The translations under genes were made by a program, and so were the position numbers. Below, piece after piece: positions 37,801 to 46,483 of a stretch of 64,000 nucleotides of DNA. Below the pieces are notes generated by a model, which did no database searches, was not told where the DNA came from, and saw only the letters and a program-made list of their open reading frames with translations. Every line of letters starts with the position of its first letter. Within the stretch, counting starts at the first letter, position 1. The stretch comes from Actinomycetes bacterium. Its GTDB lineage: Bacteria > Actinomycetota > Actinomycetes > Actinomycetales > Cellulomonadaceae. The stretch covers positions 7,244 to 71,243 of the forward strand of contig JAEWOA010000259.1 of assembly GCA_023461115.1 (NCBI GenBank), given 5' to 3'.

Positions 37801-40800
37801 CGTGAGCTGAGGAGCCGGGCCGGGGGCGAGCGCGGCGCGCGTGCACGTCACGGCCTGCGCGGCGCCCGAGCAGGTCCAGCCCGGGCCGGACGCGGAGACG
37901 AACGTGGTCCCCGCGGGCAGCGTGTCGGCCGCCGTCACGGGGGCGGCCGCGACCGACGGCCCGTTGTTCACGACGTCCACCGTCCACGTGCCCTGGCCGC
38001 CCGCGAGCAGCACCCCCGCGTGGGCCTTGGTGACCGCGAGGTCCGCCTCGGTGGTGACGACCGCGGTGTCCTGCGCGGTGTTGTTCGTCGTGTCCGGGTC
38101 GTAGGTGCGCCCGTCCACCGCCGCGGTGTTGACCAGCTCGGCGCCGTCCGGGGTCTGTGCGGGCACGGCCGTGACCACCGTGATCGGCGGCAGGCTCTGC
38201 CCGGCCGCGTAGGCGCCCGTGGGCAGCGTGCAGACGATCGTCGTCGTGCAGGTCCAGCCGTTGCCGCCCGCGGACACGAGCGTCACGCCGGCCGGCAGGG
38301 TGTCGGTCACCGTGAACGGCCCGACCGCCGGATCCGGCCCGTCGTTCGTCGCCGTCACCGTCCACGTGGCCTCGCCGCCCGCGACCACGGGCGTCGCGTG
38401 CGTCTTGGCCAGCGTCAGGTCCGCGGCGTCGATGTGCGTCTGCGCGGTCCCCGGATCGCCGCCGTACGGCCCGTCGAGGTTGCGGGTGGAGCCCGTGGCG
38501 TCCTCGCCCGAGCCGCGCGCGGTGTTGACCTGCGGGATCGTCGAGCCGACGCCCGGATCGACGACGACCGCCGCGGTCGGCACCGCGTCGAACGTCACCA
38601 CGACCGCCTGCCCCGGCTCCAGCACGCCCACGTTCGACCAGCCCAGCACGCGCCCGATCGCCAGCGGGTCCCGTGCCACGGGCGCCCCGCCCGCGACCGC
38701 GACCGTCGCGGTCCCCGGCTCGTACCGCCAACCGGGCCCGAGCGTGTCGACGACGTCCACGCCGTAGGCGGCCGCGCCGCCCGTGTTGGCGACCGTGACC
38801 TGCCAGGTGAACGTCTCGTCGAGGTACGCCGGCGCCGGCGAGATCGCGGCCTTCGTGACGGTCAGCTCCGGGAACTGCGGTGTGACGGCGGCGGACGACG
38901 ACGGCCCGGCGTACACGCGCCCGCCCGACGGCAGGCTCTCGTACTTCGTGATCGTCGCGGTGTTGGCCAGCGGCGTCGCGTCGATCGTCGGGGACGGCGC
39001 CAGGACCGCGGTGTACGTGAGCTGGAGCGAGTCCGCGGGCTCGAGGCCGGCGCCGCCGAGCGGGTCGGTCCACGTGATCGTCCCGCCGCCCGTCGTCGGG
39101 TCCGCGCCGCTCAGCACACCGCCCGACGAGATCGTCGCGGCGTCCACGACGACCCCGGTGGGCACCTCGTCGACCACCACGATCCCGAACGCGGCACTGG
39201 CCGTGGCGGCCGACGAGTTCACCACCGTGAGCGTGTAGTCGAACGGCTGGCCGGGCGCCGGGGTCGCGTCGTCGACGGCCTTGCCGATCGTCAGCGCCGG
39301 CTCCAGCACCGTCACGGTCGCGGACGCGGGCGGGCTCGTCTCGTCGAACGCGGCGTCCGCCGAGGTGGGCGTGCGGCCGTCGGTCTGGTTCCACGCGGCC
39401 TCGACCGTGTTGGTGAGCGCGCGGCCCGCGACGTTCACGTCCTCGTCGGCGACGACGCCGCTGTAGACCACCTGGAGCTCGCGCGGGAACGGGATCGCCG
39501 CGGCGTCGCCCAACAGGAACCCGTAGCGCGTGGAGCCGTCGGGCTGCGGGGCCGGCGTGAGCACCGTCGGCTGCCCGACGTTGGGGCACGCGGTCGGCGG
39601 GTCGGACAGGATCTGGCAGCTCCCGGACTCCACCCGCACGTCCGCGAGCCCGGCGGGGAGCTGGTCCAGGAACGCGCCGTCGAAGAACACGGTGTCGGGC
39701 GGGACCTGGAGCACCACGGTCCACGTGACACGTTCGCCGATCGTCGCCTGCCCCGGCGTCACCGACTTGGTGATGCCCGCGCCCGCGACCTGCACGTTCG
39801 CGCTCGCCGAGACCGCGTAGCTGCGTTCGTCGGGGTTGTCCGCGGCGTCCGGGTCGGTCTTGTCGTCGTCGAGCGTGCTGCCGCTCAGCACCGCGGTGTT
39901 GGAGTAGACGACGCCGCCGACGGGCTCCGCCTCGACCGTCGCCGTGTAGGCCCGGGTCGCGGTCTGCCCCGGGTCCAGGTCGCCCAGGTCCCACACCAGG
40001 CGCGTGGTCCCGGCCGCGCAGCCGTTGGCGCCGTCGCCCGGCTCGGGTGGACGGCCCGGGTCCGCGCCGTACGCCGCGAACGCGAGCCCCTGCGGCACGC
40101 AGTCGACGACGAACGCGTCGTGCAGCGGCGGGCGGTCGCCGCCCGGGTTGGTCGCGGTGACCGTGTAGGCGACGGTCTGGCCGCCTGTGACCCGCGTGGG
40201 CGCCGCGGTCTTGGCGACCGTCGGCGCCGGCTGGCGCAGGTTCACCGTCGCGGTGGCCGAGACCGGCGGGACCTGCGAGCCGCCCGGCGTGAGCAGGCTG
40301 CGGAACGTCGCCGTGTTGGCGCGGTTCTGCGCGTTCTGGCCGGTGGCGAGCGCGGCGTCCGTCACCCGGGTCACGAGCGTGACCTCGAGCCGCTGGTCGA
40401 GGTCCGTGTCGTTCACGTACGTGGCGGGCAGCGCGAGCGCGCCGGTCAGCGGGTCGACGGCGACGCCCACCGGAAGCGCCGCGACCTCGTCGCTGCCCGC
40501 GTCCGGGTGGAACACGACCTCCGCGTCCGGGACCACCGCGAACCCCGCGGGCAGCGCGTCGGTCAGAGTCCCGCCGAACACCGACGTGTGCGCAGGGATC
40601 GTCACGCCGTACGTCCAGGTCACGAGCTCGCCGATGGTCGCCTGGTCCGCGAGCGCGTTGCCCGCCTCGTCGACCTGGGTCACCACCGACTTGTCGACGA
40701 GCGCGCCGGGCGTCCGGACGTTCGAGGAGTCCGTCGCGGGGGGCGCCAGCTGGTCCGCGGCCGGGACCGTCGGGTCGACGTTCTGCTGCGGGTAGAACGT

Positions 40801-43524
40801 CGCGGCCTCACCCGAGTTCGTGACCGCCTGGTACGAGCGGACCGACGCGGTGTCCGTGTAGACGGTCGAGACGCCTGCGTCGTCGGGGATCGCGACGTCG
40901 TACAGCACGCTCACGGTCTCGCCAGGCAGCAGCAGCGCGGGGTTCGCCGGGTCGAACGCCTGCGTCACGCGCAGGAGGCTCAGCGTGTCCGAGCCGGTGA
41001 ACGCCGGGTGGTCGCCGTCCCCCGGGTCGGTGCACTCCACGGTCGGCGGCTGGGCCGGCGTCGGCTCCAGCCGCGTGTTCGACACGTCGTCGCACGTCAT
41101 GCCAGCCGCGAGCGCGTCCCACAGCTCCCCGCCGCCCACGCCGTAATCCGACAGGCCCGTGCCGTCGTTCGTCAGGTCCACGCGGAACGTCACGGTCGAG
41201 CCGGCGTTGACGAGCTCGCCGTCGACGTTCGTGTTCGCGTCATGCGGCCCCGAGGCGGGCTCGTCCACCTCGGCGACGCCCTTGACCGTCCGCACCGGCG
41301 GCGCCGGCGAGACCGTGACCGGGGCCGTGTCGCGCGCCGCGACGATCTCACCCGACGACAGGACGCTGCCGATCTTCATCTGGTTCGCGCGCACCTCGCC
41401 AGCGACCGCCGCGGTCGACGAGGTGACGCGCGCCTGCAGCACCACGTCGAACACTGCGCTCGCGGGCACGAACCGCGGCTCGGCCCCCACGGGCGACCCC
41501 ACGAGCCAGGTGATGCCCGTCTCCGACTGCGACTCGACGGCCTTGGCCGCCGCGACCGTGCCGCCCGGCAGGTCGGTGTCCTGCGCCGAGCCCGCCACCA
41601 GGCTCAGGCCACGCGGCAGGAAGTCCGAGACGACGACGTCCCGCGTCTGGGTGCCCGCCGGGAACGTCGCGCGCAACCGGAAGCACACGCGGTCGCCCAG
41701 GATCACGCTCGTCTCGTCGGCCGGCAGGTCGTCGGGGTCGGCGTACTGCGCGGGGTCCGTGGGGCACGTCAGGCCCGTCTGCGAGCGCGGCTGCATCGTC
41801 TTCGCAAACGTCGGGAAGGTCGAGCTCTGGGTGGCCGACGAGTCGTCGCCGATCAGCGCGGCGCCCGACTCGCCGGTGCCCGGGACCGGGGACGCGCTGC
41901 CCGCGAGCTCGACCCGGTTGGTGAAGGACTCGCCCGCGCTCGTCGGCTGGCCCGCCAGCGGGCCCGCCAGGTACTCCGGCAGCATGCGGCCGTAGTACGT
42001 GACGACGAGCTCGGTGCCCGCGGGCACGTCGACCGGCTGGAACGTCACCGTGAACGTGCCGTCGCCGTTGTCCACCACGGTGTCGAACGGCTGCGACGGC
42101 GCCGTCGCGAGCGCCCCTGCGCACTCGGCCGGGGCGCCGTCGGCGTAGTTCGTCGCGACGCCGCCGAGCGGGCAGACGCCCGCGGGGATCGTGTCGGTCA
42201 GCACCAGGGCGTCGCCCGCCGCGTACTCCGACGCGTCGACCAGCAGCGTGTAGGTCGCGATCCCGCCTCCGACGAACGTGCCGGGCGAGACCTGCTTGCG
42301 CATGCGCACGTCCTCGACCTGCACGCTCGAGTCGGCGCCGACCGTCTGCTCGGCCGTGCCGCCCTCACCGAGCGGCCCGTCGTACGTGCCGGTGAGCGTC
42401 GCGCGGTTGGTCAGCGAGCCCTCCGGGAGCGTCTCCCTGGTGGACGCCCCCGTGTTGTTGTCGAGGTTCGCGGCCTGCTGGGCGCCCGGCGGCGCCGGGT
42501 CCGGCCACGCCGCATTGGCCCGCAGCGGGATCCCGGCCGCGTAGCTGATGCTCTGCTCCGCGCCCGCCGCCAGGTCCGGCAACGCCCACTCGACCCGGGT
42601 GTACACCCCGGGCGGGAACGTCACGCCGCCGGCCGGCGGCGGGTCCACGACGGTGCTCACCGACGTGGGCGCCACGCAGTTCGGCGGCGTCGGCGTGGCC
42701 GACAACGGCGGCGCCCCGGCGTACTCCGGGCCCGACGAGTTGTCCACCCCGCCACAGCCCAGGAACTCCAGCCCCGCGGGCAGGTAGTCCACGAGGGTCA
42801 GCCCGCCCACGGCGCCGCCCGACGCGGTCGAGGCCGTCAGCGTGTACACCGTCGTGTTCTCGTGGACGCCGCGCAGCAGCTCGCCCTCGGGGCTCGGCTC
42901 CGACTTGGTGAGCCGCAGCGCCGTGGTCGTCGTGGTCGCCGCGCCCGCGCTCGCGGACTGGGTCGCGGTGCCGTCGACGAGCTCGCCGTCCGCGTCGAAC
43001 GACGGCGCGATCGTCGGGTCCGTGCTGGAGTACGCCTGCGCGCCCGGGTTCGTGACGGTCGAGCCGACCGGGTACACCGCCGGATCCGGCTGCACCTGGA
43101 ACGTCAGCGTGAAGTCGGTGCCCGGCACCAGGTCCGCGATGTTCTCCCACACGACGGTCTGCTGGCCCGTCTCCGGGTCCGTCCGGACCGTGGGCTCGCC
43201 CGCGCGCGCGGGGCTCGTCGAGCCTGCGACGTACGTGGTGTCCGGCGGCAGCAGGTCCCGCAGCGCGAGGTTCCACTCGAACGTCGCATCCGGGTTGGCA
43301 TCCGGGTTCGACGCGGTGAGCGTGTACGTGATCGGGTCGCCCGCGAGCACCTCGCCGGGAGCGGACTTGCTGAGCGCGATGGCCGGGGCGGCCGCGGCCG
43401 GCGCGGCGGGGAGGACCACCGCTGGCCCCACGAGCACGGCCAGCGCCGCCAGGAGCGCCGCCCACGACGAGCCCCGGCGGGGCAGACGACGATGGTGGCC
43501 CGCGCCCGGATCCTCCCGGTTCAC
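34870..43524 (-). CDS. Giant sortase-anchored surface protein with DUF11/isopeptide-type repeat domains
   Basis: 2884 aa. N-terminal signal peptide (AALLAALAVLVGPAVVLPAAPAAAAP). Nine or more C-terminal DUF11-type repeats (ADLxxxKxH...W.V.V.N.GPS.A....V.D.LP.G.......G.GW.C). The C-terminal sorting signal is LPVTG (34996-35010), then a hydrophobic helix and an RGSSAPARVGPRR tail. GTG start with a GAAGG RBS. Confidence 0.9.
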   Translation of the reverse strand: MNREDPGAGHHRRLPRRGSSWAALLAALAVLVGPAVVLPAAPAAAAPAIALSKSAPGEVLAGDPITYTLTASNPDANPDATFEWNLALRDLLPPDTTYVAGSTSPARAGEPTVRTDPETGQQTVVWENIADLVPGTDFTLTFQVQPDPAVYPVGSTVTNPGAQAYSSTDPTIAPSFDADGELVDGTATQSASAGAATTTTTALRLTKSEPSPEGELLRGVHENTTVYTLTASTASGGAVGGLTLVDYLPAGLEFLGCGGVDNSSGPEYAGAPPLSATPTPPNCVAPTSVSTVVDPPPAGGVTFPPGVYTRVEWALPDLAAGAEQSISYAAGIPLRANAAWPDPAPPGAQQAANLDNNTGASTRETLPEGSLTNRATLTGTYDGPLGEGGTAEQTVGADSSVQVEDVRMRKQVSPGTFVGGGIATYTLLVDASEYAAGDALVLTDTIPAGVCPLGGVATNYADGAPAECAGALATAPSQPFDTVVDNGDGTFTVTFQPVDVPAGTELVVTYYGRMLPEYLAGPLAGQPTSAGESFTNRVELAGSASPVPGTGESGAALIGDDSSATQSSTFPTFAKTMQPRSQTGLTCPTDPAQYADPDDLPADETSVILGDRVCFRLRATFPAGTQTRDVVVSDFLPRGLSLVAGSAQDTDLPGGTVAAAKAVESQSETGITWLVGSPVGAEPRFVPASAVFDVVLQARVTSSTAAVAGEVRANQMKIGSVLSSGEIVAARDTAPVTVSPAPPVRTVKGVAEVDEPASGPHDANTNVDGELVNAGSTVTFRVDLTNDGTGLSDYGVGGGELWDALAAGMTCDDVSNTRLEPTPAQPPTVECTDPGDGDHPAFTGSDTLSLLRVTQAFDPANPALLLPGETVSVLYDVAIPDDAGVSTVYTDTASVRSYQAVTNSGEAATFYPQQNVDPTVPAADQLAPPATDSSNVRTPGALVDKSVVTQVDEAGNALADQATIGELVTWTYGVTIPAHTSVFGGTLTDALPAGFAVVPDAEVVFHPDAGSDEVAALPVGVAVDPLTGALALPATYVNDTDLDQRLEVTLVTRVTDAALATGQNAQNRANTATFRSLLTPGGSQVPPVSATATVNLRQPAPTVAKTAAPTRVTGGQTVAYTVTATNPGGDRPPLHDAFVVDCVPQGLAFAAYGADPGRPPEPGDGANGCAAGTTRLVWDLGDLDPGQTATRAYTATVEAEPVGGVVYSNTAVLSGSTLDDDKTDPDAADNPDERSYAVSASANVQVAGAGITKSVTPGQATIGERVTWTVVLQVPPDTVFFDGAFLDQLPAGLADVRVESGSCQILSDPPTACPNVGQPTVLTPAPQPDGSTRYGFLLGDAAAIPFPRELQVVYSGVVADEDVNVAGRALTNTVEAAWNQTDGRTPTSADAAFDETSPPASATVTVLEPALTIGKAVDDATPAPGQPFDYTLTVVNSSAATASAAFGIVVVDEVPTGVVVDAATISSGGVLSGADPTTGGGTITWTDPLGGAGLEPADSLQLTYTAVLAPSPTIDATPLANTATITKYESLPSGGRVYAGPSSSAAVTPQFPELTVTKAAISPAPAYLDETFTWQVTVANTGGAAAYGVDVVDTLGPGWRYEPGTATVAVAGGAPVARDPLAIGRVLGWSNVGVLEPGQAVVVTFDAVPTAAVVVDPGVGSTIPQVNTARGSGEDATGSTRNLDGPYGGDPGTAQTHIDAADLTLAKTHATPVVAGGEATWTVTATNDGPDPAVGPFTVTDTLPAGVTLVSAGGNGWTCTTTIVCTLPTGAYAAGQSLPPITVVTAVPAQTPDGAELVNTAAVDGRTYDPDTTNNTAQDTAVVTTEADLAVTKAHAGVLLAGGQGTWTVDVVNNGPSVAAAPVTAADTLPAGTTFVSASGPGWTCSGAAQAVTCTRAALAPGPAPQLTIVAAIDESVVGTITNTATVTSPTTDPDESNNTDDDPGVVTTLADLAIEKSHTGDFTAGESSVYHFTVANNGPSQAAADVVVTDTLPDAVGFVGSTNVVGSWTCAAAGQALTCTLAGPLAVGATAAVDVEVLVDPEAPPVPITNTARVDSPTTDPIPGNNVDDDVSDVTVVADLAVAKSHTGDAVAGQPFSWQVVATNNGPSDSPGPLTVADRLPAGVTYSSATGAGWTCSAVGQLVTCTTPGPLAAGASAPAITVTAAVAPDAGPATLVNAAAVTGPADDPDLTNNTALDPTVVVDQANVTIAKAADPTTVPAGAPVRYTLTATNEGPSDADTAIVTDTAPVGLTPTAVDAPSGWACGIAGRVVTCAHGAAPAGGSATITVDATTDASLPPGTQLTNTARIATSTAGDDPDDNTATATVTLTTSADLATTKTHEPLTGDDVSPGGLVRFTIGVANAGPSDAAGPITVVDTLPDGFTYVSAQAPWTCSAAGPSVTCEWDTDALAVGDEAPPLVLLVATDPALPAGVVVNTATASSTTPDPVPANNTATDPVPLVPAADIAVTKVSEGTPVIGQEHTYTMTVVNAGPSDAQDVTLRDVLPRGLTLVSVDGDGWDCTAADRTVLCALDAPLPPRSQTAPITLVVDVGPEAYPQIRNVAVVRTTTPSDLLGDNEDDVTDDLDPDFDLELAKGHTGELVVGETVTWGLLVTNDGPTEDPHPISVVDVLPTGLSYVSSAGPGWTCGAAGQRVTCTHPGPLAVDGRLPLALTTSIGAAAAPAVLNTAVVASEGETGPLLNNIALDGADVTPVSHLRIDKSVASQSGQRVVYDITVGNRGPSPTGAPVVVTDDLPTGESLISVSGDGWVCSSASVIVCQYDDVLAVDEAAPPITLTVDTTAAGGTELVNVATVGGGQPDPCPTCGDSDDAMVLAASPILPVTGADADRTARWSLWLVLAGALLAGAGAWGARGSSAPARVGPRR
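35011..38424 (-). repeat. Array of about 9 DUF11-type coding repeats (about 120 aa each) inside the adhesin gene
   Basis: Repeat heads are ADLTLAKTH, ADLAVTKAH, ADLAIEKSH, ADLAVAKSH, ANVTIAKAA, ADLATTKTH, ADIAVTKVS, FDLELAKGH and HLRIDKSV. The copies are diverged, not identical DNA. Confidence 0.75.
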
Positions 43525-43601
43525 CCTTCGGACTGTATGGGTATCCCCGGGCTACCGCCCGCCGGGTAGGCGCGTGCCCTCCGCGGCGCGCGGCGCCGTC
43601 G

Positions 43602-44276
43602 TCACCAGTCCGCGGCGCGCAGCGCCACGTTGCCCGAGCGGGTCGGCGGGAGCCACGTGCCCACCGCGTCGTCGTCCGGGTCGGCCAGCTCGAAGCCGAC
43701 GAGCGGGCGTACGTAGCCCTCGAGGATCGGCGCCCGGACGTGCGCGCGCACGATCCGGCCGTCCAGCACCACGAGCCCACCGACCGTGACGAGCAGCCGG
43801 TCCACCCCGACGTCGTACGCGCGGCCGGGCGCCAGCCGCGTCCCGGGCAGGCCGAGCGTGCGGGGATGCAGCGACCACCACGAGGCGGTCGACGGGACCG
43901 CCTGGCGGCGCGTCATCGTGCGGTGGAACCCGTAGTACGCGCGGGCGAGATGCTCCTCGACCGGGTCCGGCGCCTCGCCGGCGCGGTGCGGGCCGCCGCA
44001 GCGGACGACGATCGTGCCCGTCATCCCCGCGAGCGCGTCCCGCTCGAAGGTGGGCCGCGCCAGGAGCAGGTCGATCGTCGCGACGCCGACCCGCGGGTTC
44101 TGGTACCCGGGGGTGGCGACGGTCGGCAGCACCCCGGCCGCGACCATCTTGGCCCCGGCGGTCGAGCCGTGGCCCACCTTGTGGATCGCCTCGCGCATCG
44201 AGACCGTCTGCGCGTTCGCCCACGCGCTCGCTCCCAGCTCCATCCAGAACGGGTGCGGCGAGTCGGGCTCGCTCAT
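43602..44276 (-). CDS. Hypothetical protein (no recognisable domain)
   Basis: 224 aa from ATG 44276 (MSEPDSPHPFWMELG...). High GC3. Same strand as, and 77 nt upstream of, the adhesin gene. Confidence 0.55.
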   Translation of the reverse strand: MSEPDSPHPFWMELGASAWANAQTVSMREAIHKVGHGSTAGAKMVAAGVLPTVATPGYQNPRVGVATIDLLLARPTFERDALAGMTGTIVVRCGGPHRAGEAPDPVEEHLARAYYGFHRTMTRRQAVPSTASWWSLHPRTLGLPGTRLAPGRAYDVGVDRLLVTVGGLVVLDGRIVRAHVRAPILEGYVRPLVGFELADPDDDAVGTWLPPTRSGNVALRAADW

Positions 44277-44349
44277 GGCGCACAGACGATGCACCCGCAC
44301 ATCATGCCCGACGCGCCCCGCGCCCTCGGGTCCGGCGCGCACGCCGAGG

Positions 44350-45246
44350 TCAGCGCGCGGCTGTCGCTCGTCGGGCGACCTCGCGCGGCCCGACGACGAA
44401 CCCGCCGCCGCTCACCACCGTGCCGCCCGCCGCGCGCCACAACGCCCCCGCGACCCGCGCGATCGTCGGGGCGACGCGCTGGCGCGCGATCACGTGCAGC
44501 CGGGACGGGTGCTCGACGTCGCGCTCGGCGGGGTCGAGCGGGCGCCACTCCACCCGGTACGCCCACGGGCCGAAGTCACGCCACTCGAGCGTGGCCAGCA
44601 CCGCGGGCGGCTCGTTGGAGCGGCCCACGCGCAGCGCCACGGACCCGTCGTACTCGAACTCGGCGACCACCTCGAACGGACGCGGGCCGGCGGCGGGCGA
44701 TCGGTCGCCGGCAGCGCTGACCCTGGCGCCGGACATCGCCGGACGCGCGAGCGGGAGCACCTCGTCGAGCGTGAGCGGGATCGGCGACCACAGCGTGAGG
44801 TCGATGTCCGCTTCGGGGTCCGGCGCCATCACCCGAGACCGGTCCGCGGGGACGACGAGGCCGCCCGTGTGCCGGGCCGCGGCCACCAGCCAGCGCCGCG
44901 CCTGCACTGACGCCTCACCCTCGAGCGCGTACCACTCGAGGCCCCCGCGGGGGACGCCCGCGCGGAGCGCGTCGTCGTCGGTCAGCGGGACCGGCCCGAC
45001 GAGGCGCGTGTGCTCGTCGAGCCGGATCGCGGCGGGCTCGGCGGGCGCGCTGCGCTGCTCGACGAGGCCGCGGAACCTGGCGCCGACCGGGCGGGTGTCG
45101 GCGGGCGCCGGATCTGGCGCCCCCGGCGGGCGCCCGTCCCATGCGGCGGCGGGGAACCAGGCGCGGGCCAGCGCATGGATGTCCGTCCTCGCGGGCGCCG
45201 CGAGCATGGCCTGGCCGTCGAGCCGCGAGGGCAGTGCGAGCACCAT
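44350..45246 (-). CDS. Conserved hypothetical protein, paralogue of 27308-28450
   Basis: 298 aa. A TACGTT -10-like hexamer lies 7 nt before ATG 45246, suggesting a leaderless mRNA. Shares sequence blocks with the dcd-linked ORF. Confidence 0.65.
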   Translation of the reverse strand: MVLALPSRLDGQAMLAAPARTDIHALARAWFPAAAWDGRPPGAPDPAPADTRPVGARFRGLVEQRSAPAEPAAIRLDEHTRLVGPVPLTDDDALRAGVPRGGLEWYALEGEASVQARRWLVAAARHTGGLVVPADRSRVMAPDPEADIDLTLWSPIPLTLDEVLPLARPAMSGARVSAAGDRSPAAGPRPFEVVAEFEYDGSVALRVGRSNEPPAVLATLEWRDFGPWAYRVEWRPLDPAERDVEHPSRLHVIARQRVAPTIARVAGALWRAAGGTVVSGGGFVVGPREVARRATAAR

Positions 45247-45404
45247 GGCGCGGAACGTAGCGACCGCATGCTTCGTCCGTGTGAACTGTCGGCCCTGTCA
45301 ACAGCCGTCCCCAGCGCCGTGCACCGGTCCATCCACAGCCGGTCATCCGACGATTCCCACGGGTGTGGAGAAGTCTGTGGATAACTCGGCGCGGGCTCGC
45401 GTGG

Positions 45405-45929
45405 CTACGCGCGGACGTCGTGCAGGTGGTGCACCACGTCGTGCAGGAAGTACTGGCCGAGCGTGCGGATCGTGAACCGCGAGCCGTTGCTGCGGCGGCC
45501 ACTACGCTCCCACGCGTCCGCGGGCACCGCGTCGAACGTCGCGGCGCACTCCTCGGCCGCCGCCACCAGCTCGTCGGCGACCATCACCGGGTCCTGCCGG
45601 TCGTAGCGGTCCGCGATCGCGGTGGCGTCCTGGTCCCAGTTGGCGAACGGCGGATCGTCCTGCTCGAGCATCAGCCACACGCGCTCGTCGAACACCCGGA
45701 ACACGTCGCGCACGTGGGCGCCGTACTCCAACGTCGACCACGTGGTCGGCGCGGGCCGCACGCGCGCGTCCTGCCGGTGCAGCGCCGAGACCCAACGGGG
45801 CACGAGGTCCCGCACGGTGTCGCCGATCTGGCGCGGATCGACGTCCGACGCGGTGAACCCGCACTCCGGGCACCGCTCGTGAAGCACCCAGGTCCAGTCC
45901 TTCTCGTCGGGCACGATCGCGTCAGCCAT
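45405..45929 (-). CDS. DinB-family (four-helix bundle, metal-binding) protein
   Basis: 174 aa from ATG 45929. Contains WSTLEYGAHVRDV...RTLGQYFLHDVVHHLHDV histidine motifs and an N-terminal CPECG. Confidence 0.75.
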   Translation of the reverse strand: MADAIVPDEKDWTWVLHERCPECGFTASDVDPRQIGDTVRDLVPRWVSALHRQDARVRPAPTTWSTLEYGAHVRDVFRVFDERVWLMLEQDDPPFANWDQDATAIADRYDRQDPVMVADELVAAAEECAATFDAVPADAWERSGRRSNGSRFTIRTLGQYFLHDVVHHLHDVRA

Positions 45930-45945
45930 GCCGCGAAACCTACTG

Positions 45946-46054
45946 CACCCCACCCCCCGCGAGCGTGCACTCCAGCCGCGAGCGTGCACTCCAGCCGCGA
46001 GCGTGCGGTTAAGGTGCGCGCTCACGGCTGGAGTGCACGCTCACCAAAGGGTGG
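45946..46054. repeat. Composite element: C-tract, 2.5 direct copies of GAGCGTGCACTCCAGCCGC, a hairpin, an inverted copy, then GGGTGG
   Basis: CACCCCACCCCCC (45946-58). X at 45961-79 and 45980-98. GAGCGTGC-ggttaaggt-GCGCGCTC (45999-46023). ACGGCTGGAGTGCACGCTC (46024-42), which is the reverse complement of X. GGGTGG (46049-54). Confidence 0.9.
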
Positions 46055-46438
46055 TCAGACGACGCCTGCGGCGTGCAGCTCCGCGTACTCGTCGTCCGTC
46101 AGCAAGCGTGAGCGCAGCAGGAAGCGGACGCCCTCCGGCGCCTCCAGGCTGAAGCCGGCACCGCGGCCCGGGACCACGTCGATCGTCAGGTGGGTGTGCT
46201 TCCAGTACTCGTACTGGACCTTCGTCATCCACACCGGGACCGTGGCGCCGTCGCCCAACTCGAGCTCGCCCAGGTGCTCGTCGACGTCACCCGTGAGGAA
46301 GTCGCCCGCCGGGTAGCACATCGGCGACGAGCCGTCGCAGCACCCGCCGGACTGGTGGAACATCAACTCTCCGTGCTGCTCGCGCAACTGCCGCAGCAGC
46401 GTCACCGCGGCCTGCGTGGCCGCCACCCGCTCGACCAT
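46055..46438 (-). CDS. DUF779 domain protein
   Basis: 127 aa from ATG 46438. LMFHQSGGCCDGSSPMCYP.GDF is the DUF779 hallmark. It lies downstream of an ALDH, as is usual for this family. Confidence 0.85.
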   Translation of the reverse strand: MVERVAATQAAVTLLRQLREQHGELMFHQSGGCCDGSSPMCYPAGDFLTGDVDEHLGELELGDGATVPVWMTKVQYEYWKHTHLTIDVVPGRGAGFSLEAPEGVRFLLRSRLLTDDEYAELHAAGVV

Positions 46439-46483
46439 CTCAACCTCCGATCGCACCCGCACCACCAGCGTGCACCCCGACAG

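Noticed and set aside
35380-43569. A 2729-aa plus-strand ORF, and other very long ORFs (630-2918, 21135-24470, 12355-14199, 18860-21091, 6888-8417, and others), overlapping annotated genes in other frames or strands.
   Set aside because: They lie antisense or out of frame to genes with clear family motifs. Their translations are Arg/Gly/Pro/Ala-rich low-complexity strings, typical of stop-codon-poor frames in DNA of about 70+% GC. None shows domain-like motifs.
34870-45246. A sortase or pilus-assembly locus associated with the LPVTG protein.
   Set aside because: No ORF in the window has the sortase TLxTC active-site motif or the typical N-terminal membrane anchor plus His/Cys/Arg triad. The adhesin appears to rely on a sortase encoded elsewhere.
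34379-45360. A genomic island integrated at tRNA-Gly (VOC, giant adhesin, two hypotheticals). A possible attR would be the CGATTCCC match at about 45350 to the tRNA T-loop region.
   Set aside because: The match is only 8 nt. There is no integrase, excisionase or other mobility gene and no visible compositional shift. An 8-mer match is within chance expectation for 128 kb of two-strand sequence.
45329-45384. The chromosomal replication origin (oriC), suggested by the DnaA-box-like 9-mers.
   Set aside because: There are only three boxes, no adjacent dnaA/dnaN/rpmH genes and no AT-rich unwinding element. It is kept only as a low-interest finding.
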